Origin: a bacterium
Lineage (GTDB): Bacteria > UBA8248
Direction of reading: 5' to 3'
Length of the DNA stretch: 64,000 nucleotides
Assembly: GCA_965219955.1 (NCBI GenBank)
Contig: OZ244799.1
Coordinates: 2,496,001 to 2,560,000 of the forward strand
The translations under genes were made by a program, and so were the position numbers. Below are positions 37,223-50,088 of the stretch, one piece after another (position 1 is the first letter of the stretch; each line of letters begins with the position of its first letter). The notes beneath the pieces were generated by a model. That model searched no databases. It saw only the letters and a program-made list of their open reading frames with translations, and had not been told where the DNA came from.

Positions 37223-38551
37223 TCACACGTGCGATTCGCGCAAGTCCACGAACCTTTTCGCCTTGAACGTCGTCCGCTCGAAAGAGCCCGCGGGCAAAAC
37301 CTCCACCTCGGGCGTCACCAGGAGCTCCGCCCCGAGCCTGTCGCGCAATTTATCGCCCAGGCCCGAGTTCGCCTCCCCCTCGGCGGCCTCGGCCACGACG
37401 ACGCAGCGGTCCCGCCCCGTCGATTCATCCGGGTGCAGTTCCACGCGGAACTCGTTGCTGAGGCCTGCGAAACTGCGCACCACTTCTTCCACCTGGATGG
37501 GGTAGAACTTCGCCCCCTTGTAGATGACGAGATCGTCATGGCGTCCGAGAATGCCCCCCGGCGAGCGCAGGTGCGTCCTGCCGCAAGGGCTGGGGGAGCT
37601 GTCGACGCGCGCGAAATCATTCGTCCAGTAGCGCAGCATGGGCGTGGCCTCGCGCGTGAGATGCGTGATGACGAGAATGCCCACCTCGCCTTCGGGCGTG
37701 GGCTTTTTCGTCTCGGGGTCGACCACCTCGATGACGTGGTGATCCTCCGCCCAGATGAGGCCGGACTTCGCCACCGACTCGCTCGCGAAGGTCGGCCCGA
37801 TCTCGCCCAGCCCGTAATAATCATAGGCGTCGACGCCGAGGGCGGCTTCGATACGAGCGCGCGTGGAGGGGTTCTGCGCGCCCGCCTCCCCGCCGAAAGA
37901 ACCGATTTTAAGTGGAATCTCACCGGGGTCCACGCCGCTCTCGGTGAGTTTCTCGCCGATGTACAAGCCATAGCTGGGCGTGCTCAGGAGCACCGTGGAG
38001 CCGATGGTGGTGAGATAGAGTATCTGCCGCTCCGTCATGGCGGCGCCGATGGGGATCACGAAACAGCCGATCTTCTGGGTGGCGTAGTGCACGCTCATCC
38101 CGGCGACCCACAGGCCGTAGCTGAAGGCGTTCTGGACGATGTCGCCCGGCCGCACGCCGAAGCTCCACATCGTGCGCGCCGTGAAGTCCGCGATGTTCTC
38201 GACGTCCTGCTTGCTCCAGATCGTGCTCACGGGCACGCCGGTCGTCCCCGTGGAGGGATGGAGCTCTCCCCACGCCTCGGGCGGAGCGACGGTGTATCGT
38301 CCGAAGGGAGGATGCGCCTGCTGCTCGTCCCTGAGCTCCTGCTTGGTGACGAAGGGAATGTTCCGCAGGTCGTCGAGCGTGCGGATCGAATCGGGCCCCA
38401 CGCCAGCGGCGTCCAGGCGTTCACGGTAGAATTCGGATTCCTGATGGCAGCGGCGGACCTGCCGCTTGAGGCGTTCGAGTTGCAGGGAGGCGAGTTCATC
38501 GCGCGCCATGCGTTCGATGCGCTGATCCCAAAAATCGCCGTTTCCCACCAT
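37223..38551 (-). CDS. Phenylacetate-CoA ligase family protein
   Basis: PFVTKQELR, STGTTG, YGLGEIG, EDH, LTREATPMLRY, GRHDD. Confidence 0.85.
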   Translation of the reverse strand: MVGNGDFWDQRIERMARDELASLQLERLKRQVRRCHQESEFYRERLDAAGVGPDSIRTLDDLRNIPFVTKQELRDEQQAHPPFGRYTVAPPEAWGELHPSTGTTGVPVSTIWSKQDVENIADFTARTMWSFGVRPGDIVQNAFSYGLWVAGMSVHYATQKIGCFVIPIGAAMTERQILYLTTIGSTVLLSTPSYGLYIGEKLTESGVDPGEIPLKIGSFGGEAGAQNPSTRARIEAALGVDAYDYYGLGEIGPTFASESVAKSGLIWAEDHHVIEVVDPETKKPTPEGEVGILVITHLTREATPMLRYWTNDFARVDSSPSPCGRTHLRSPGGILGRHDDLVIYKGAKFYPIQVEEVVRSFAGLSNEFRVELHPDESTGRDRCVVVAEAAEGEANSGLGDKLRDRLGAELLVTPEVEVLPAGSFERTTFKAKRFVDLRESHV

Positions 38552-38738
38552 GGCCGCGGAACCTTCTAGTAGAGGGAAAAGCGAACAAACCCGTCCCGCA
38601 CCCCACAATCAATATTCAATTCGCTGTCGAAAATCCCGGAAAGAGACACCAGAAAAAATAGCACACCGAAGAGTGGCGTGCAAGAAAGTGTTTTTTCAAA
38701 AGAACTTCACCGCCGTCCCGCCGGGGGGTGCTGAGAGA

Positions 38739-40661
38739 TCAAAGGGTGATCGTGGTTCCCGCCGCCTGCGGGTCGTCGAGCGCGCCGGTGAGCGCCTCCA
38801 TCACGCGGGCCGAGGGGGCGCGGCCCTCGAGATTCAGCATGAACCCGTCCATCAGCTCCCGCCTCATCCAACTCGCGAACACCGCCGCCTCGTCCAGAGC
38901 TTCCGGAGCAGCCCTTGCGCCCTCGAAGCTCTCGTCCAGGAATATCTCGTTTATCTTTTCTTCCAGGGCGCGAAGGGGCGGCGCGCCTCTCTCGAAGGAT
39001 ATTTCATGAGCGAGGAGTCCCTCCCTGATGAAATAACAATACCTCTCCTCGCGCGTCTGCCCGGGCTCGACGATGATGAGTCTTCTCCTCTCGACGGACG
39101 GCCCCGACAGGCCGTACGTCCTCACCAGATGATGCAGACGGGCGATATGGCGCCTCAGCCTGCCCGGCGACGGGCCCTCCTCTCCCCAGGCCTTCTTGAG
39201 AAGGGCAAATACGCTCTCATCCTCTTTCCGGAGACGGCCCTCCAGGATATCCCTCAACATCCCGAAGAGTTCCGCATTTTCCGCATCCGGCAAGCGGGGC
39301 GGTCTCTTGCCGCCCGGGGACCCGCCGCGCTTCCTGGCGCCGCGATTCTCCTCCGGTGCTTCACGGGGGAGCGGAAAAGCGGCGCAAATGGCGTCCAGCA
39401 AATCGGCAAGCTGCGCTTTTTTCCGGAACGGGCCATAGTAGCGGGCGCCGTCGCGAGCGAGGCGGGAGACGAAGGATACTCCCGGCCGGGCGTCATCGGC
39501 GGAGAGCCTCAAAAAACCCCCGCCCGCCACGGCGAGGTTCCCGTTCATGAGGCTCGCTTTTCGCATCGCCCGGAAAGCCTCGACGTTCATGGCCAGTTCG
39601 CTCCGCAGGCTCGTCGCCTCCACACGGCGCACGCCCTTGAGCCTGAGGGCGAATCGACCGGCGGAGCGGTTCTTGGGATAGAACATGTCCCGCACCGCCC
39701 GGTGTATGTCGTTGGCCTTGCCCGCGAACACGAGTTTCTCGTCCTTGTCATACAGGCGGTAAACGCCGCGGTCTCGGGGCAGAGATTCGATTATCGACGG
39801 GTCGAGCCGGATTCCCTCCGCCATCGGCGGCGAAACGCCCTCGTCCGGTTGTTGAAACGCGAGCAGGGATTCGAGGCTCTCCAATCCCAGCAGCCGGCCC
39901 ATCTGCATAAAGCGGATCAATATCTGCGCCGTCGCCTCGGCGTCGCTCAAGGCGCGATGCCTTCCCGCCTCCGTATCGGGAAGACCCAGCGACGCGCTCA
40001 ACTCTCCCAGATTGAAGCGTTTTTGACGCGGCAGGAGCCGGTTCGCCAATTCAAACGTGCAAAGAACCGGAGGCGAAAAATCACGCTCCAGGAACTCTTG
40101 CGCGTAATACTGCAGGAAATGGAGGTCGAAATTCGCGCAATGGGCGACGAACACGCACCCGTCGATGAAGTCCAGAAACCCGGGCAGCACCTCCATCAGC
40201 CCCGGCTTGTCCGCCACCATGGCGTCGGTGATGCCCGTCAGGCGAACGACGTTCCAGGGGATCTCCCGGCCCGGGTTGACCAGAACATCGAGAGAGTCCA
40301 CCACTTCCCCGGCGCGAACCTTGACCGCGGCCAATTCCGTAATCCGGTGCTGGGGGGGACGCCCGCCGGTGGTCTCGATGTCGACGACGGCGAAGGTGGT
40401 CTCGGGAAGATACGGCCGGGAGAGCAGACGGGCGGCCTCTTCCGCGCTCATGAAGCCGTTCCCTCCGTTCGCGGCGCTATTTTCAAGCAGGGGACCGAGG
40501 ATAACGAGCGCCGCTGAATCATCTATCTCTTTAAGGTTCAAAGCTTTGCGGAGATATTCAAACGTGGGCGACTCTTGAATCGCCACACTTTCCTCCCGCA
40601 TCGTTTCCTGAGCCATGGGCCTGCGCTTATGTGAAGACATGGGTTGTGAGTCGATGGACAT
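38739..40661 (-). CDS. DEDDh exonuclease (DnaQ-like) fused to a UvrC/GIY-YIG-like domain; start uncertain
   Basis: VDIETTG, VAHCANFD, HRALSDA; GVYRL....VFAGKA, YYGPF. Confidence 0.82.
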   Translation of the reverse strand: MSIDSQPMSSHKRRPMAQETMREESVAIQESPTFEYLRKALNLKEIDDSAALVILGPLLENSAANGGNGFMSAEEAARLLSRPYLPETTFAVVDIETTGGRPPQHRITELAAVKVRAGEVVDSLDVLVNPGREIPWNVVRLTGITDAMVADKPGLMEVLPGFLDFIDGCVFVAHCANFDLHFLQYYAQEFLERDFSPPVLCTFELANRLLPRQKRFNLGELSASLGLPDTEAGRHRALSDAEATAQILIRFMQMGRLLGLESLESLLAFQQPDEGVSPPMAEGIRLDPSIIESLPRDRGVYRLYDKDEKLVFAGKANDIHRAVRDMFYPKNRSAGRFALRLKGVRRVEATSLRSELAMNVEAFRAMRKASLMNGNLAVAGGGFLRLSADDARPGVSFVSRLARDGARYYGPFRKKAQLADLLDAICAAFPLPREAPEENRGARKRGGSPGGKRPPRLPDAENAELFGMLRDILEGRLRKEDESVFALLKKAWGEEGPSPGRLRRHIARLHHLVRTYGLSGPSVERRRLIIVEPGQTREERYCYFIREGLLAHEISFERGAPPLRALEEKINEIFLDESFEGARAAPEALDEAAVFASWMRRELMDGFMLNLEGRAPSARVMEALTGALDDPQAAGTTITL

Positions 40662-40779
40662 CCTCTGAATGTAGCAGAAAGCGCATGAGGATCATAGTCT
40701 GTTACCCATACGCTCGTTCACCAGGCGCGCTTGTTTTGGTATAACCCAAGAACGTGGCCTTTTCCTGAGGAGAGCAGAC

Positions 40780-41238
40780 TTGTTCGGCAGCATCGGAATG
40801 ACGGAGTTGATCGTGATCATGGTGGTCGCCCTGGTCGTCATCGGACCCAAGCGCCTGCCGGACTTGGCCCGTACGCTCGGCAAGGCCCTGGGCGACTTCA
40901 AGCGCGCCACGTCCGATTTCCAGAACAGCTTCAGCATGGAAGACGACTACGATCTCGACGTGCTCGATGAGGAAACGAAGGAAAAGGACAAAAAAGCAGA
41001 CGGAGAGGATTCAAGCGAAGAAGACGCCGACGACGAAGACCACGCCGGGGAAGGCGAGGCGGCGGAGCAGACCGCCGAACAGGATCAGACCGAAACGGAC
41101 GAACCTGCGCCAGAGGCGGGCGAGGCCGCACCTGAGGTGGAGGGCGAGGCCGCGCCTGAGGTGGAGGCCGCCGCCACGGAGAGCGAAGCGGCCGAGGATG
41201 AGACCGGAACCTCACGAGAGGACGACAAGCAGACGTGA
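40780..41238 (+). CDS. tatB: Twin-arginine translocase TatB/TatA subunit with acidic tail
   Basis: FGSIG.TEL..I.VVALVVIGPKRLP; directly upstream of tatC. Confidence 0.85.
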   Translation: MFGSIGMTELIVIMVVALVVIGPKRLPDLARTLGKALGDFKRATSDFQNSFSMEDDYDLDVLDEETKEKDKKADGEDSSEEDADDEDHAGEGEAAEQTAEQDQTETDEPAPEAGEAAPEVEGEAAPEVEAAATESEAAEDETGTSREDDKQT

Positions 41239-42002
41239 GCGGCGAAAGTTCCATGCCCCTCACCGGGCACCTGACAGAGTTGCGCAACAGAATCCTCTAC
41301 ATCCTCGGCACGATTCTCGTCGTGTTCGTGGGCGCCTATTATTTTTCGGGCGAACTGCTGACCTTCATGCAGCGACCCATCGCCGATCAGAAACTCGTTT
41401 TCCTCTCGCCGACGGAAGCCTTTTTCGCGCACATCAAGGTCTCGTTTTTCTGTTCGGTCTTCATCAGCCTTCCCATCATCCTGTTTCAGATCTGGCGCTT
41501 CTGCGCCCCCGGGCTGCTGGACCGGGAGAAACGCTACGTCGTGCCCTTCGTGTTCTTCTCGACGCTGAGCTTCATCGTAGGCGCCCTTTTCTGCTACTTC
41601 CTGATTCTGCCTTACGGCCTCGCATTTCTGCTGAGCTTCGCCACCGAGTCCCTGACGCCCCAGATCTCGATAGGCTTTTACATCTCCTTCGCCTTCAAGC
41701 TCATCTTCACGTTCGGCCTGGTGTTCGAGGTGCCGATCGTCACCATTCTGCTCGTGCAAATCGGCGTCATCACGCCTGAGTTCCTCTCGAAAAACCGCGG
41801 GTACGTCATCGTCGGCGCATTCGTCATGTCCGCTCTGCTCACGCCGCCCGACGTGGTGACGCAGGTGTTCCTCGCAGGCCCCGTCATCGTGCTGTTCGAG
41901 ATCAGCATCATCGTCTCGAAAATCATCATGAAGCGAAAGAAAAAACGCCGGGAGGCGTGGGAAAAGGAATGGGAAGACGACGAGGACGATGATGCGGACT
42001 AG
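41235..42002 (+). CDS. tatC: Twin-arginine translocase TatC
   Basis: MPLTGHLTELR, SPTEAFF, QIWRFCAPGL, FEVP, LTPPD. Confidence 0.95.
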   Translation: MSGESSMPLTGHLTELRNRILYILGTILVVFVGAYYFSGELLTFMQRPIADQKLVFLSPTEAFFAHIKVSFFCSVFISLPIILFQIWRFCAPGLLDREKRYVVPFVFFSTLSFIVGALFCYFLILPYGLAFLLSFATESLTPQISIGFYISFAFKLIFTFGLVFEVPIVTILLVQIGVITPEFLSKNRGYVIVGAFVMSALLTPPDVVTQVFLAGPVIVLFEISIIVSKIIMKRKKKRREAWEKEWEDDEDDDAD

Positions 42003-42039
42003 GCTCTTTCGAATACCCCACCTTTAGGGGCTGATAAAG

Positions 42040-42348
42040 CCCCTCTTGTCAGGGGACAAAGGCAACCCCCCCTACCCCCCCTTGTCAGGGGGGTATAAAA
42101 AGGCGATTCGCCCCCGCCGGGCTGAGGGGGTTTTGCTTTTTCTTGCCCCCCTGACAAGGGGGGGTAGGGGGGGTTGCCTTTCAACAAATGAGGGGGCAAT
42201 CGAACCGACCGGGGAGGCACCGCCCCGTAGGGACAGGCCTCCGTGCCTGTCCTGACGAGGGATGACCACGAAGAGCAGGACAGGCACGGAGGCCTGTCCC
42301 TACGGCGAACAATCTCGATGGTCGGACAGGACTTTTTCAACAACCCCC
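42040..42348. repeat. REP/MITE cluster
   Basis: Long palindrome AAGGCAACCCCCCCTACCCCCCTTGTCAGGGG; GTAG REP pair at 42227-42303; about 70 bp nearly identical to 56457-56527 including the TIR end. Confidence 0.75.
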
Positions 42349-42477
42349 TTTAGACGCGAAAGAAAAAGGAGGCCCTCTTGAATTCCCCGGACCCCCGCGC
42401 CGAGTTGTTCCCCGCCAACGGAATCATCCGCGCGAGGCCCGTTGCCCGCGCGCAAGCCGGGTGATCACAGATTCGCC

Positions 42478-42759
42478 ATGAAAGAGGAGACGCGGCGGAT
42501 TCGCCTCATCATCCGGGGCCGTGTTCAGGGCGTATGGTACCGGGGCAGCGCGCAGGAGGTCGCCCGCGAACTCGGTCTCACCGGATGGGCGAGAAACCTG
42601 GGCGACGGAAGCGTGGAACTGGTCGCCGAAGGCGAGGGTCCCGCGCTCGAAGCCCTCAAGGTTTGGTGCCGGGAGGGGCCGCCACTGGCGAGAGTCCATG
42701 AGGTTTTCGAGGAGCAGATGACGCCTTGCGGGGAGCCTGCATCGTTCGAGGTGCGCTAA
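42478..42759 (+). CDS. acyP: Acylphosphatase
   Basis: GRVQGVWYR, LTGWARNLGDGSVE, GPPLARV. Confidence 0.93.
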   Translation: MKEETRRIRLIIRGRVQGVWYRGSAQEVARELGLTGWARNLGDGSVELVAEGEGPALEALKVWCREGPPLARVHEVFEEQMTPCGEPASFEVR

Positions 42760-42762
42760 ACG

Positions 42763-43662
42763 CTAGATGCCCGCAAACCCCGTCCAGAAGATGAGATAGG
42801 AAGAAATGGCGTTCAGATAGTTCGAGATCAGCAGAACGCCCACGAGAAGAAGCATCGCGCTGCTCGCGATTTCGACTCCACGGAAATAGCGCCGGAACGA
42901 TTGATAGAACCGGAAGAAATAACCCACGCCCAGGCCACTCAACAGGAACGGAATACCCAGCCCCGCAGAATAGCTCGCCAGCAGAACGACGCCCTCGCCC
43001 GCCGTTTGCTGCGTGCCTGCGAACAGCAGGATGCTGCCCAGAATCGGGCCGACGCAGGGCGTCCAGCCGGCGGCGAAGGTGATCCCGACCAGCATGCTGC
43101 CGAGCCAGCCGGCGGGCTTGCTTTTCAGCATGAAGCGGTTCTCCGAGGAGAGTACAGGCAGAAAAACGGCCAGGAACACATAAAGGGCTGCGGCCGTGAG
43201 CACGCCACCGAGCGTGGGGTAGCCTTTTTGCAGACCCACCAGCCCCGCCAGGAATACCAGGGCGGCGAAAGCGCCGCTCGCGCCGATCGGTTTTTCGGAG
43301 AAAAACATCTGGAGCCTGAAATCAATGGCCCTGTCGCCGACATAGAGCCCGAACATGGTGATCAGGATGCCGCCGAGCAGCCTGACGTGATCCTGGTACT
43401 GAAAGAGCAGATTTCCCGCATAGGACACGCTGGCGCCCAGGATGACGAAGACGAGAGAAAACCCCGCCACGAAGAACAGGGAATTTATCAGGATGACGCT
43501 TCTTACGCGGGCGGCCTCGCCGCTCTCTCTGATTTCCTCGTAGGACAAGCCCGTCAGATAGGAAAGATAGCTGGGAACCAGCGGCAGGATGCACGGGGAG
43601 GCGAAACTGAGCACCCCCGCCGCGAAAGCCAGGCTCAAGGAGACGTTTTCCGGGGCCATCAT
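42763..43662 (-). CDS. ccdA: Cytochrome c biogenesis protein CcdA
   Basis: AF.AGVLSFASPCILPLVPSY and FAAGWTPCVGPILG motifs. Confidence 0.9.
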   Translation of the reverse strand: MMAPENVSLSLAFAAGVLSFASPCILPLVPSYLSYLTGLSYEEIRESGEAARVRSVILINSLFFVAGFSLVFVILGASVSYAGNLLFQYQDHVRLLGGILITMFGLYVGDRAIDFRLQMFFSEKPIGASGAFAALVFLAGLVGLQKGYPTLGGVLTAAALYVFLAVFLPVLSSENRFMLKSKPAGWLGSMLVGITFAAGWTPCVGPILGSILLFAGTQQTAGEGVVLLASYSAGLGIPFLLSGLGVGYFFRFYQSFRRYFRGVEIASSAMLLLVGVLLISNYLNAISSYLIFWTGFAGI

Positions 43663-43787
43663 TTTCCCCTATCAAAATCCCGGCGGCTACGCGTGCGATT
43701 CGGTCGGTTACTCCGAATCCCGACAAATCATACTAGCACAGGAAAGCAGAACCCGGACCGAAGTTGTCGGGATTCAGACAATCCGGA

Positions 43788-46392
<2,605 letters not shown>

Positions 46393-46396
<4 letters not shown>

Positions 46397-47997
46397 GAAA
46401 AGCCCAACCTGACGAGGCAGGCGTCATAGACGTGGGGAATGGCGCGAACCTCTTCCATGACGGGCTCGGGCACCGGGTCGTCGAGTATCAGGACGGCGAC
46501 GGCCATATCATGCTGCCACACTCTCCCCAACTGCATGCCGGCGATATTGATGTTGTGGTTCCCCAGCAGGGTGCCCATCTTGCCGATCATGCCGGGCCGG
46601 TCTTCATTCCGGAACACGAGGAGATAGCCCCTGAGCGCCACGTCGACCGAATAGTCGTCGATGCGAACGATTCTGGGATCGTTCTTGCGGAGAAAAGTCC
46701 CCGCCACGGAGCGCTCGCCCGAATCGGTCTTCACGCGAAGCTCGATCAGGTCCGTATAGAGGAGATTCTCCGTCTGAGTCGTCGTCCTCACATCGATTCC
46801 GCGCTCTTTCGCGAGCAGGAGGCCGTTCACCATGTTCACGCGGACGCTCGACAGGAACCGGCCCAGCATCCCCTTGATGGCGGCGGCGGCCAGCGCCTTC
46901 ATGGGTATGTCGATCGAGCCGCCATAGACGACCTCGAGCGTCTGCAATCCCCCGCCGGCGAGCTGGGCCAGAAAATCACCGAGTCGATCGGCCAGATCCA
47001 GGTGGGGGCCGATTTGCTCGAGCATCTCGGGGCTCAGGGAGGGCAGGTTCACGGCGTGTCCCACCACGCCTTCGGTCAGATACGCCACGACCTGTTTCGC
47101 CACGCTGACAGCCACGTTCTCCTGCGCCTCTGCGGTCGAAGCGCCGAGGTGCGGCGTGCAGACGACGTCGTCGCGTCCGATGAGCGGATCGTTCGGGTCG
47201 GGAGGCTCCTGTTCGTATACGTCCACCGCCACGCCTCCGACCTTTCCGCTGTCGAGCGCCTCGGCCAGCGCCTCCCCGTTTATCAGCCCCCCCCGCGCGC
47301 AGTTGATGATGCGGACTCCATCGCGCATCATGGCGATTTCCTCAGGCCCGATGAGGTTCCCCGTCTCGGTGTTCTTCGGCACGTGCAGGGTGATGTAGTC
47401 GGACTTGGCCAACAGTTCCTCGAAATCCACCGGACTCACCCCGCGCTGGGAGAGCACCTCGGCGGAGATGTAGGGGTCGTAGGCGAGTACGTTCATGCCC
47501 AGGCTGCGGGCGAACGTCGCCGCCTGCGATCCCACGCGCCCCATCCCCACCACGCCCAGGGTCTTGGAGGAAAGCTCGCTGCCCACGAAGCGGCTGCGCT
47601 CCCATTTCCCGCCCTTGAGGGAGGAGACGGCCGATGGAATCTTGCGCGCCAGCGAGAACATCATGGCGATGGTGTGCTCCGCCGTGGTGATGACGTTGCC
47701 GTCGGGCGCGTTCACCACCAGGATGCCGCGCATGCTGGCGGCTTCCAGGTCCACGTTGTCCACCCCGATGCCTGCGCGCGCGACCACCTTGAGCGTCTCG
47801 CCTGTACCCAGAAGCTCTTCATCGACCCGCGTGCCGCTCCTCACGATGAGCGCGTCCGCGGTTTTTACGGCTTCTAGTATTTCTTCCCGCGAGGCGGAGG
47901 TTCGGTCGAGGACTTCGAAGCCCTGCTGGTCTTTTAGTATCTCGTGCGCCCTCGGCGAGAGCGGCTCAGAAATCAGTACGCGTAACGTCTGGCTCAT
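46393..47997 (-). CDS. serA: D-3-phosphoglycerate dehydrogenase (ASB and ACT domains)
   Basis: RAGIGVDN, GMGRVG, INCARGG, TPHLGAST, DRPGMIG. Confidence 0.95.
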
Positions 47998-49133
47998 TTG
48001 TCGAATACCTCCTGCGCCGCTGCGAGACCGCATCCTCTTTGGAGTGAATAGCCCAGATCGGCGAGGGTCGATTCCAGCGCGCCGACCGCCGCCAGCACGT
48101 CGGAGGAATCCACGTATCCCAAGTGCCCGATCCGGAAAATCCTGCCGCTCAAGGCGTCCTGGCCACCGGCGATGGTCACCCCGTGCGCGTCCTGCATCCT
48201 CAGGGGGATCGCCTTCCCGTCCACTCCCTCGGGCACGCAGACGGCGGTAACGGCCTCGCTCCTCGAGTCGCGGGGGAATATGTCAAGGCCCAGAGCCTCG
48301 ACGGCCGCCCCCGTCGCACGCGCAAGCCTCGCATGCCGCGCGAAGACGTTCTCCAGCCCCTCCTCGCGCATCATGTCGAGCGCGACAGCCAATCCCGCCA
48401 ACAGGGAAATCGCCGGTGTCCAGGCGGTGGTGTTCTTCATCTGGCTTTTCCGTTCGATCTCGAGGTCGAAGTAATATCGCGGCGAGGTCGATTCCGACGC
48501 GGCGCGCCAGGCCCGCTCGCTCAGCCAGACGAAAGCCAGCCCCGGCGGGAGCATGAGCGCCTTCTGGCTCCCCGTGATTACCACGTCGAGGTCCCATTCC
48601 TCGGTCTTGAGCTCGTACACGCCCAGGGCCGTGATGGCGTCCACCACCACGAGCGTATCGGGCGATCGCTCGCGGACGACCCTCGCGACGGCCCGCACGT
48701 CGTGCTTGGCGCCGGTGGAGGTTTCGCTCGCCTGCATCAGCAGGGCCTTGTGCCCTCCCCTTGCAAGGCGCGCTTCCAGGGCGCTCAAGTCGACCGAGCG
48801 GCCCCATTCCACCTCCAGGACGTCCGCCTCGACCCCGTATGCCGCGCAAAGCTCCGTCCAGCGTTCGCCGAACTTGCCGCCCTCGACGACGAGCGCGGTA
48901 TCGCCCGGAGAGAGCAGGTTCGCCACCGCCGCCTCCATGCCGCCCGTACCCGAAGCGGCGAGGGTGATGACGTCTCCGCTCGTCCGGAAGAGCCATTCCA
49001 GATCGCGCCGCGCTCCTTCGAAGTGCGCTTCGAACTCCCGCGTACGGTGGTGGATCAGGGGCCGCGCCATGGCTTCGAGCACCCGGTGGGGAACCGGCGT
49101 GGGACCGGGGGCCATGAGGTGATGCTTGTTCAT
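47994..49133 (-). CDS. Class V aminotransferase (alanine-glyoxylate type; likely phosphoserine aminotransferase role by context)
   Basis: PGPTPVP, HHRT, SGTGGME, ETSTG, DAIT, GSQKALMLPPG, FRIGHLG. Confidence 0.88.
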   Translation of the reverse strand: MNKHHLMAPGPTPVPHRVLEAMARPLIHHRTREFEAHFEGARRDLEWLFRTSGDVITLAASGTGGMEAAVANLLSPGDTALVVEGGKFGERWTELCAAYGVEADVLEVEWGRSVDLSALEARLARGGHKALLMQASETSTGAKHDVRAVARVVRERSPDTLVVVDAITALGVYELKTEEWDLDVVITGSQKALMLPPGLAFVWLSERAWRAASESTSPRYYFDLEIERKSQMKNTTAWTPAISLLAGLAVALDMMREEGLENVFARHARLARATGAAVEALGLDIFPRDSRSEAVTAVCVPEGVDGKAIPLRMQDAHGVTIAGGQDALSGRIFRIGHLGYVDSSDVLAAVGALESTLADLGYSLQRGCGLAAAQEVFDK

Positions 49134-49300
49134 TTTTCGCTCTTTCCCTGAAGTGAGTCGTTGCGGACGAACACGTGCCCATACGCCTCAAAGGATATAC
49201 CACTCCCCGCCGAACCCCTCAAGCGATATCGTCTGAAAAGCGGGCGGAGGTATGCAAATATGCGTCCCCGCACGGAGAGGGCGAACGCCGCCGTGCTTCC

Positions 49301-49330
49301 TTGCGCGCGCGGGGCGCCCCAGTCTATAAT
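49301..49330 (+). promoter_or_regulatory. Sigma70-like promoter
   Basis: TTGCGC-N18-TATAAT upstream of GGAGG SD and ATG49359. Confidence 0.5.
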
Positions 49331-49358
49331 GACTCGCTCTATACCGGAGGAACGGCGG

Positions 49359-49703
49359 ATGCCCGCATTCGACACGCTCAAGGCGACGAAACTGCTCAAG
49401 GCGTCGGGGTTCGAGGAGACCCAGGCGGAAGCCGTCGTGGCCACGGTGAGAGACGCCGTCTCGGACAACGTGGCCACAAAGGCCGACATGGGCGAACTGC
49501 GCGCTGAAATGGGCGCGTTGCGCGCCGAACTCAAGGCCGACATGGGCGAACTGCGCGCCGAATTCAAGGCCGACATGGGCGAACTGCGCGCCGAACTCAA
49601 GGCCGACATCGCCGAGTTGCGCGCGAGCATGTACCGCATGGTGTTGACCACCTCCCTGGCGGTCATCGGGGCGACCGTCTCCCTCGTCAAGCTGCTCCCA
49701 TAA
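49359..49703 (+). CDS. DUF1640/CCDC90-like coiled-coil membrane-anchored protein with 11-aa repeats
   Basis: FDTLK..K.L..SGF...QAEA, ATKAD, repeated KADMGELRAE(L/F), C-terminal TM. Confidence 0.8.
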   Translation: MPAFDTLKATKLLKASGFEETQAEAVVATVRDAVSDNVATKADMGELRAEMGALRAELKADMGELRAEFKADMGELRAELKADIAELRASMYRMVLTTSLAVIGATVSLVKLLP

Positions 49704-50017
49704 ACAAACGGGGCGATACCTCCGTTATTGACGCTCCATACTTGCACATGTAGATTTTTCGTCGTTATCCGCTACGCCCGTAGGCGGGCATGTATTTCAA
49801 GGCCCTTCACGGATCACCCGTGGGGGGCCTTTTCATTCCGGGCATGAGCCCACAGGGACGACCCTTATGGGTCGTCCTGCCCTCCGTGGTTGTCCTTCGT
49901 CTTCATCGGAACGAAGGCCTCCAACAGGACAGGCACGGAGGCCTGTCCCTACGGGCCGGAGGACGGACAACGCGAGGAGGGCCTGTCCCCGCGTTTCGTT
50001 GCATTCTCTCCACGCAC

Positions 50018-50047
50018 AAAAAAACCGGGGGGCCGAAGCCCCCCGGT
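50018..50047 (-). terminator. Terminator of porin copy 1
   Basis: On the minus strand ACCGGGGGGC-TTCG-GCCCCCCGGT followed by a T run. Confidence 0.9.
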
Positions 50048-50088
50048 CGTCGTCGCGTCAGTTGAGGACGCGAGCGTCCTTCATGTTG

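Noticed and set aside
38550-40517. Long antisense ORFs (also 29545-31491, 57251-58870, 46432-47877, 61749-63107)
   Set aside because: Shadow frames of GC-rich genes with no recognisable motifs
41100-41175. 24-bp repeats in the tatB tail (APEVEGEA)
   Set aside because: Ordinary low-complexity acidic tail
41999-42343. Short ORFs reading RTGTEACPY / GTGLRACP (also near 32.9, 49.9 and 56.4 kb)
   Set aside because: Translations of REP palindromes, not genes
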